Positions 1-5,231 of a stretch of 5,321 nt of DNA are shown here, one piece after another. This DNA comes from an uncultured archaeon. Lineage in GTDB: Archaea > Asgardarchaeota > Jordiarchaeia > Jordiarchaeales > Jordiarchaeaceae. The stretch covers positions 1-5,321 of the forward strand of contig CAZECW010000133.1 of NCBI GenBank assembly GCA_964510585.1, in the 5' to 3' direction. Made by a program: the position numbers and the translations under genes. The notes below the pieces were generated by a model. That model did not search any database and had not been told where the DNA came from. It saw only the letters and a list, made by a program, of their open reading frames with translations. Numbering within the stretch: the first letter of the stretch is position 1; every line of letters starts with the position of its first letter.

Positions 1-15
1 TGGAAGATGCCACAA

Positions 16-228
16 TTACCGTCTGAGTATCCGGTTTGCCGGGTCATCGATCTCTGGTGGGGCAGAAGCCTCCAACCGCCATAAATCAGGAAAAATTCCA
101 ATAATGGAAACCTTTATGACAAAGTGCGGAATACAAGTTAAAAACGACATAAAAAAACACATCGCCAATTCCAAGAACTGTTGTAGAGGCCCAATATCTC
201 CTTTAAATTCTATATGTTCACTTTCCAT
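16..228 (-). CDS. Hypothetical small protein, possibly membrane-associated (70 aa)
   Basis: ATG at 228 with TTTATAGA (256-249) starting 28 nt upstream, a leaderless archaeal promoter geometry. Hydrophobic central segment LAMCFFMSFLTCIPHFVIKVSIIGIF. No recognisable family motif. Confidence 0.3.
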   Translation of the reverse strand: MESEHIEFKGDIGPLQQFLELAMCFFMSFLTCIPHFVIKVSIIGIFPDLWRLEASAPPEIDDPANRILRR

Positions 229-248
229 AACCTTTGAGATGCGATTTT

Positions 249-256
249 TCTATAAA
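249..256 (-). promoter_or_regulatory. Putative TATA box (TTTATAGA) for ORF 16-228
   Basis: Position relative to ATG 228 fits a leaderless transcript. The AT-rich context lowers significance. Confidence 0.3.
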
Positions 257-653
257 TTACTGGAAATTCGTGTTTTTGGGGACAGGCTACATTTAAAATT
301 ACTATTTAGGTATTTATCTCCACGTTTCCCGCCTCCAGTTTATGCTTTTTTTGGGTTTTGCAGTTCAGTGGGGAATTGATAGTCTTCATGGAATAATTTG
401 CGGGAATATACGATTTATGCAGCAAAAAATAATTAAGGGAAACAAAAATGTTCATAGAGAATGTGGAAAGTAATTTTAATTTCTTTCTTCTTGGAAACAA
501 AACAGGTTTTTAGAAAAATTTAAAACACGTTTTTCTTATTCTTGCCTTAAAGGTTAACGTTTTATACCTCTCTGAATGGTATCTTAAGCCGTGGAAAATA
601 ATTTAACACCTTTTATAGCAAAAAATAGGCGCGAATTTAGAAAATTTTAGAAG

Positions 654-668
654 ATAGCTATTAGCTAT
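654..668. promoter_or_regulatory. Perfect 7-1-7 inverted repeat ATAGCTA-T-TAGCTAT, candidate operator upstream of the ATPase
   Basis: Exact palindrome (also a tandem TAGCTAT x2 at 655-668). It ends 58 nt before ATG 727 and lies downstream of a TTTTATA box at 611-617. Confidence 0.35.
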
Positions 669-726
669 AGATATTGGAAAGCAGAATTTACTATGTGTCT
701 GCACGTTTTTCTATTTACTAACTGAG

Positions 727-3456
727 ATGATCGCATTGGAAAAAGAACCTACATGGCACACGATGAGTATTGAGAGTGTTGAGGCTGCTTTAAAAACTGG
801 GCGGTCGGGCATCACCCCTGAAGAGGCTAAACGCAGATTGGAGGAATTTGGCCCAAATATTTTGAGGGAAAAGAAGGGGCCCTCTGCTTTAATGATTTTC
901 GCGTCGCAATTTAAAAACTACTTGATTCTAGTTCTTGTTGCCGCCGCAATTATTGCACTTTTCCTGGGCGACTTCACTGATGCTTTAGTGATTACAATTG
1001 TAATCATTTTAAATGCCCTCTTAGGTTTTTTCCAGGAATATAGAGCTGAAAAATCAATAGAAGCTCTCAAAAAACTAACAGCGCCCCACGCAATTGTGAT
1101 ACGTGGAGGGCATCAAGAAGAAATATTAGCCAGCGAATTGGTTCCCGGAGACTTGGTGCTGATCGAAACCGGAGAACGTGTACCAGCAGACATTCGCCTT
1201 TTAGAATCCGCCAGCCTTGAAATAGACGAAGCCATATTAACAGGGGAATCAATCCCCGCTAAAAAGAAGGCTGAGCGCTTAAAGGAAAAAAGACTCCCTC
1301 TTGCTGATAGGAAAAATATGGCTTTTATGGGCACCCTCATAACTAGAGGGAGGGGAAATGGGTATGTAGTGTCTACTGGTATGAGAACAGAAATAGGAAA
1401 AATAGCGGAGCTAATTCAAACCGTTGAAACAGAAGAAACCCCTCTACAGGTTAAATTGAAGGATTTGGCTAAAAAATTAACTTACGCTGTTATAGTCATA
1501 TGTTTAATTGTCTTCATTACGGGAACTCTGAGAGAGGGACATATTTTTGATATGTTTCTTAACGCTGTTGGTCTTGCTGTAGCAGCCATACCCGAAAGCC
1601 TGCCTGCGGTAGTTACTATCACTCTCGCTCTTGGGGTTCAGAGGATGGCTAAGAGGAATGCCGTTATAAGAAAACTTCCTGCAGTGCAAACTCTTGGGAG
1701 CGCGACAATCATCTGTTCCGACAAGACGGGAACCTTTACTCGGAACGAGATGACTGTACGAAAATTATATGCTAATAATAGTACCTTTGAGGTAACTAAT
1801 GTTGGTTACGAACCTAAAGGCAAGTTCTATCACAATAATTCAGTAATTGATCCAAAACAAATTCCAAGTCTTAAACTACTATTGACCATTGGTGCGCTCT
1901 GTAACAATGCAAAATTAGAGAAGAATGGCAACTGGCACGTAATTGGCGATCCAACTGAAGGAGCACTCATCGTTGCAGCGGAAAAGGCTGGAATCAAGCA
2001 AGAAGAAATTGCTAAAGAATTCCCACGCATTGGGGAATTACCCTTTGAGTCCGAAAGAAAAATTATGTCCACTATCCATAAAACCCCCCTAGGAAAAAAG
2101 GTTGCATACGTTAAAGGTGCTCCAGAGGTCATTTTGAATCTGAGCAGTAGTATTTACTCAGATGGAAATGTAAGGGAGCTAAGTGTGGACGAAAAGGAGG
2201 AAATTTTAAAAATCAATCAAGAAATGGCAGGCAACGCGTTACGAGTTTTAGCAATGGCCTATAAAGAATTACCTGACGAGGAACAAGAATATACACCAGA
2301 AAATGTTGAAAAAAATCTGATTTTTGTGGGTTTCGAAGCTATGTTGGATCCTCCCCGAGAAGAAGCCATATCCGCTGTTCAGAAAACCAAAAAGGCAGGC
2401 ATCAAAGTGGTTATGATTACTGGAGACAATGAATTCACCGCTAGGGCTATAGCAAAAGAGTTAGGGCTTCTCGAGGGAGACAGCAAAGTAGTTACTGGAG
2501 CAGAATTAGATAGTATGAGTGACGCTGATCTTGATAATATAATTCAAGATGTGGCAGTTTTCGCCCGCGTCTCCCCAGAACACAAGCTTAGAATAGTTAA
2601 CTCCCTAAAAAAGAAAAATCACATAGTGGCCATGACCGGCGATGGAGTCAATGATGCACCCGCCCTCAGAAAAGCAGATATTGGAGTCGCGATGGGAATC
2701 ACGGGAACGGATGTCGCTAAAGAAGCATCAGAGATGATTCTTACCGATGACAATTTCGCCTCCAGCGTAGCCGCAATAGAGGAAGGACGCGTAATCTATT
2801 ATAATATTAAGAAGACCATATACTATCTTCTATCCACCAATGTAGGAGAAATACTAACCATATTCATAGGATTAATCATCGGGCTACCCATACCTGTGAT
2901 TGCCGTTCAAATCCTCTGGATTAACCTTGTTACTGACAGTTTTCCCGCCCTAGCTCTTTCCGTAGATCCACCAGAGGAGGATGTTATGCTTCGACCCCCA
3001 AGAGATCCCCAAGAACCTGTTATAACTAGAAGAATGTTTTACAATATGATTATCGTAGGTGTAGTTATGTGTGTGTCCACTCTCCTTGTATTTAGTTTTG
3101 CCTTGGGAGTATTCTCCCCCATAGGAATTTCCTACTCTAATTTGGACAAAGCGAGAACCATAGCGTTCACAAATCTGGTCTTTCTCCAACTCTTTAATGC
3201 CCTTAACACCCGCTCAAGGCGAGAATCATTGTTTAAAATTGGGTTCTTTTCTAACAAGTATCTCGTGTTGGGAATAATAATTTCTGTAATTCTCCAATTA
3301 GCAGTAGTTTATCTCCCCCCTCTTCAAACATTATTCCACACCGTAGCATTATCTCTCCTCGAAATAGTAACAATACTCCTTGTTTCAAGTACCATTCTAT
3401 TCGGCGCTGAGATAATGAAGTTCTTTGAACGAAGAGGTGCTCAACATAAAAAATAA
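727..3456 (+). CDS. Cation-transporting P-type ATPase, type IIA (SERCA-like, probable Ca2+-ATPase), 909 aa
   Basis: Motifs in the correct order: TGES (1240-1251), M4 VAAIPESLP (E290), phosphorylation site CSDKTGT (D332, 1720-1722), KGAPE (2113-2127), MLDPPR, ITGDN (2416-2430) and TGDGVNDAPAL (2635-2667). Also M5 STNVGE (N705/E708), M6 WINLVTD (N733/T736/D737) and about 10 hydrophobic segments. The M4/M5/M6 residues match the SERCA Ca2+-binding residues. The true start may be TTG at 736. Confidence 0.95.
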   Translation: MIALEKEPTWHTMSIESVEAALKTGRSGITPEEAKRRLEEFGPNILREKKGPSALMIFASQFKNYLILVLVAAAIIALFLGDFTDALVITIVIILNALLGFFQEYRAEKSIEALKKLTAPHAIVIRGGHQEEILASELVPGDLVLIETGERVPADIRLLESASLEIDEAILTGESIPAKKKAERLKEKRLPLADRKNMAFMGTLITRGRGNGYVVSTGMRTEIGKIAELIQTVETEETPLQVKLKDLAKKLTYAVIVICLIVFITGTLREGHIFDMFLNAVGLAVAAIPESLPAVVTITLALGVQRMAKRNAVIRKLPAVQTLGSATIICSDKTGTFTRNEMTVRKLYANNSTFEVTNVGYEPKGKFYHNNSVIDPKQIPSLKLLLTIGALCNNAKLEKNGNWHVIGDPTEGALIVAAEKAGIKQEEIAKEFPRIGELPFESERKIMSTIHKTPLGKKVAYVKGAPEVILNLSSSIYSDGNVRELSVDEKEEILKINQEMAGNALRVLAMAYKELPDEEQEYTPENVEKNLIFVGFEAMLDPPREEAISAVQKTKKAGIKVVMITGDNEFTARAIAKELGLLEGDSKVVTGAELDSMSDADLDNIIQDVAVFARVSPEHKLRIVNSLKKKNHIVAMTGDGVNDAPALRKADIGVAMGITGTDVAKEASEMILTDDNFASSVAAIEEGRVIYYNIKKTIYYLLSTNVGEILTIFIGLIIGLPIPVIAVQILWINLVTDSFPALALSVDPPEEDVMLRPPRDPQEPVITRRMFYNMIIVGVVMCVSTLLVFSFALGVFSPIGISYSNLDKARTIAFTNLVFLQLFNALNTRSRRESLFKIGFFSNKYLVLGIIISVILQLAVVYLPPLQTLFHTVALSLLEIVTILLVSSTILFGAEIMKFFERRGAQHKK

Positions 3457-3492
3457 AGAAAGGGTACCTACCCCTATTTTTAAGAAAACTTT
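3457..3492. terminator. Short intergenic spacer between convergent genes, probable bidirectional termination region
   Basis: 36-bp gap. T-tracts on + (TATTTTT, then CTTTTT) and on - (CTTTCTTTATTTTT, overlapping the ATPase stop) flank a small GGGTA-CC-TACCC palindrome (3462-3473). Archaeal intrinsic terminators are oligo-T tracts. Confidence 0.35.
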
Positions 3493-4728
3493 TTACACCT
3501 TTTTATAAATGTTTTTTGCTGAGTATTTTGCGCTAGACATTTCTCTATCAATTATACTCAGAAGAAGAATACGCTTGTATGTGGGAGGATGTGTGGAAAA
3601 TAGGTTGTTCAAACTGTTCCACTTTGTTCTCTTAGCCTCGGCTTCCATCGCTATTTCGAGCTCCTTTTCATCAAGAGTTCCGTCTTTATCTAGATCGTAT
3701 TCGTTTGCCCTTTCCACGATACGACGAATTTGGCTTGATGCATTTGCTGGGTCTTCGATAAAGAAGGCTCGTGCACCATGGGTTTCGGCGGGATTCAAAC
3801 TGAGTCCGTAGGCTATTTTTGTGAGGGCGCTTTTTAGTGCTCTGGGGTTTTCAGTGACGTACGCCGAGTAGGCATCGGAGTAGAATTCTCTCTGTCTACT
3901 TAAAGTTCTGACTATCAAAAGTGTTATAATGTATATTATGAATGCTAAAATTGCTATTATGAGAAGAATCGCGAAACTTTTTCCGCTGCGTTTTGAGCCC
4001 CTCGTACCGTAGAATGCAAACATGGCAACCATATAACATACGAGAGGTATGGCGGCCAGGCAAGTCATTATCAGACAGTCTTTATGTTTCAGGTGTCCTA
4101 TTTCGTGTCCAATTACTGCTTCTATTTCCTCCTTATTCAGCGTTTGTAGTAGTCCCTTAGAAACTGCTAGGGTGGCGCTTTTCGTAGTTCTTCCAAATAC
4201 ACATGCATTTGGCTGCTCAGTATTCCATATCGCTATCTTAGGTGTTGGTATCGCGCTTTTTTCGGCTAACCTATTTACCGTTTCTTCAAGCCAAGGGTTA
4301 GAACCCTTTCTTATATACTGCAGGCCTAAAGACTTACTTACCACGGCGGGGCCGATTGCCCACTGAAACAATATGAAAAACAACGTGAAAATTGACACGC
4401 CTATAGCCATAGGCGTGATGCTCTGAGGAAGCACAAGCTTGATGAACAAATATGATTGCGTCTGCAAAGCTACTAGGTACTCCCACGCAAAATACGAGAC
4501 GAAAGCTTGCAAAAATGTAGTAGGGTCGATTGATTCCCAATCTATGTAGAAATAGCTTGAGAGATCCTCCGAATACCCTAAAGGTGAGCCCCCTAAGAGC
4601 ATCGGAAGAGTATCACTGAGCAAATATGTCACTAGAACACTTAAGGCAAAAATGAAGACAAAGAGAACCACGAACATCAATACGATTGACACCGACATTC
4701 TGGCTTTCAGCATAAATAAACGTCCCAA
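3493..4728 (-). CDS. htpX: HtpX-like membrane zinc metalloprotease (peptidase family M48), 411 aa, with EF-hand loop
   Basis: Two N-terminal TM helices, then PKIAIWNTEQPNACVFG (PNAF-like motif), EEIEAVIGHEIGH (HEXXH, H208-H212, 4093-4107), two more TM helices, SRQREFYSD (third Zn ligand E281, 3886-3888), PRALKSALTKI and FSTHPP (H380). The TTG start is preceded by GAGGTGA at 6-nt spacing. Confidence 0.93.
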   Translation of the reverse strand: MGRLFMLKARMSVSIVLMFVVLFVFIFALSVLVTYLLSDTLPMLLGGSPLGYSEDLSSYFYIDWESIDPTTFLQAFVSYFAWEYLVALQTQSYLFIKLVLPQSITPMAIGVSIFTLFFILFQWAIGPAVVSKSLGLQYIRKGSNPWLEETVNRLAEKSAIPTPKIAIWNTEQPNACVFGRTTKSATLAVSKGLLQTLNKEEIEAVIGHEIGHLKHKDCLIMTCLAAIPLVCYMVAMFAFYGTRGSKRSGKSFAILLIIAILAFIIYIITLLIVRTLSRQREFYSDAYSAYVTENPRALKSALTKIAYGLSLNPAETHGARAFFIEDPANASSQIRRIVERANEYDLDKDGTLDEKELEIAMEAEAKRTKWNSLNNLFSTHPPTYKRILLLSIIDREMSSAKYSAKNIYKKV

Positions 4729-4734
4729 GAATGG

Positions 4735-4741
4735 TCACCTC
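4735..4741 (-). promoter_or_regulatory. Shine-Dalgarno site (GAGGTGA) of htpX
   Basis: The minus strand reads GAGGTGA-CCATTC-TTG. GAGGTGA is complementary to the 16S rRNA 3' anti-SD (UCACCUC) and supports the TTG start at 4728. Confidence 0.8.
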
Positions 4742-4768
4742 ACTTGCTTTTAGAAGAATTTTCTCAGT

Positions 4769-4776
4769 AATATATA
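4769..4776 (-). promoter_or_regulatory. Putative archaeal TATA box of htpX (TATATATT)
   Basis: First T is 48 nt upstream of the TTG, which would place a TSS near 4748 and leave a short leader containing the SD. The region is AT-rich, so chance is possible. Confidence 0.45.
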
Positions 4777-5062
4777 TTCTATGCTGCTTAAAATTAACTT
4801 TACTCTTAATCACAAAAAACCCTATACACTATAAAAAAATGTTTTATTATTTAATTTTCTCTATTAGTTAAAAATAATTAAAAATGATACTATTCTTTTC
4901 CAAACAATAGAAACTCCTTCAAAACTGAGCATTAGTGACCTTAGTTTAAACATATTTTTCGCATATTTTTGAATTATTTAGTGGGAGTTATGAAGCTATC
5001 CTTATCGGGCCCTGATTTTTGGGGGAAAAGCTGTCAGGCAGGCGGAAAACGCAACAGCCCAA

Positions 5063-5167
5063 TCAAACGCACCAAGAAAAGCATAATAAACTAAATAACC
5101 TCGCAGAATCTTGCGAAATATCGGTTGAAACACACATTCTTGATTTTAACTTTGTCAGTCTTCCCAA
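5063..5167 (-). pseudogene. Remnant or short paralogous copy of the htpX 5' end (34-aa ORF MGRLTKLKSRMCVSTDISQDSARLFSLLCFSWCV)
   Basis: TTG start at 5167. The first 14 codons are 10/14 identical in amino acids to the N-terminus of the 3493-4728 protease (MGRLFMLKARMSVS) and 27/42 identical in nucleotides. GGAGG at 5181-5177 lies 9 nt upstream. Similarity is lost after codon 14; stop TGA at 5065-5063. Confidence 0.65.
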
Positions 5168-5176
5168 TTAATCAGT

Positions 5177-5181
5177 CCTCC
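5177..5181 (-). promoter_or_regulatory. Shine-Dalgarno site (GGAGG) of the htpX-like remnant
   Basis: The minus strand reads GGGGAGG-ACTGATTAA-TTG(5167). Confidence 0.5.
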
Positions 5182-5201
5182 CCATATGTTTAACCAAAAC
5201 T

Positions 5202-5211
5202 CCTATATAGG
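5202..5211. promoter_or_regulatory. Palindromic TATA-like element CCTATATAGG between divergent ORFs
   Basis: Perfect 10-bp palindrome. On + the first T (5204) is 28 nt before ATG 5232. On - the first T (5209) is 42 nt before TTG 5167. No strong BRE on either side. Confidence 0.35.
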
Positions 5212-5231
5212 GGTATGCTATTTTTAGATTT

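Noticed and set aside
1-88. Two in-frame TGA codons (88-86, 46-44) on the minus strand near a Cys, raising a selenoprotein read-through idea
   Set aside because: No recognisable selenoprotein motif or SECIS-like structure is visible, and TGA is an ordinary stop.
30-90. GC-richer stretch with riboswitch-like words (GATGACCCGGCAAACC on -, CGCCATAAA on +)
   Set aside because: It lacks the other conserved elements of SAM-I, c-di-GMP or fluoride riboswitches. An Rfam cmscan would be needed to settle it.
89-202. Minus-strand frame containing LGIGDVFFY (175-149), resembling the presenilin/SPP GxGD motif LGLGDFIFY
   Set aside because: The frame is only 38 codons between stops with no start upstream of the motif. 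There is no partner YD aspartate and no PAL motif. It overlaps the better-positioned ORF 16-228, so it is probably coincidental.
104-500. ORFs 104-379 (+) and 306-500 (-)
   Set aside because: No motifs, atypical composition, no SD or promoter support. The first is largely antisense to ORF 16-228 and the second lies in AT-rich intergenic DNA.
229-726. Search for CRISPR repeats, tRNA or IS terminal inverted repeats in the intergenic regions (also 4729-5231)
   Set aside because: No regularly spaced 23-47-bp repeats, cloverleaf or paired IS ends were found.
1067-3189. Minus-strand ORFs 1067-1252, 1113-1340, 1504-1689, 1830-2132 and 2950-3189
   Set aside because: All lie antisense within the ATPase and are shadow ORFs with no recognisable motifs.
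3509-4813. ORFs 3509-3811 (+), 4049-4366 (+), 4334-4540 (-) and 4613-4813 (-)
   Set aside because: They overlap htpX in antisense or alternative frames and have no independent support.
4864-4953. 29-aa minus-strand ORF MFKLRSLMLSFEGVSIVWKRIVSFLIIFN, faintly like an HtpX N-terminus
   Set aside because: No SD, too few identities to count as a third copy, and it lies in very AT-rich sequence.
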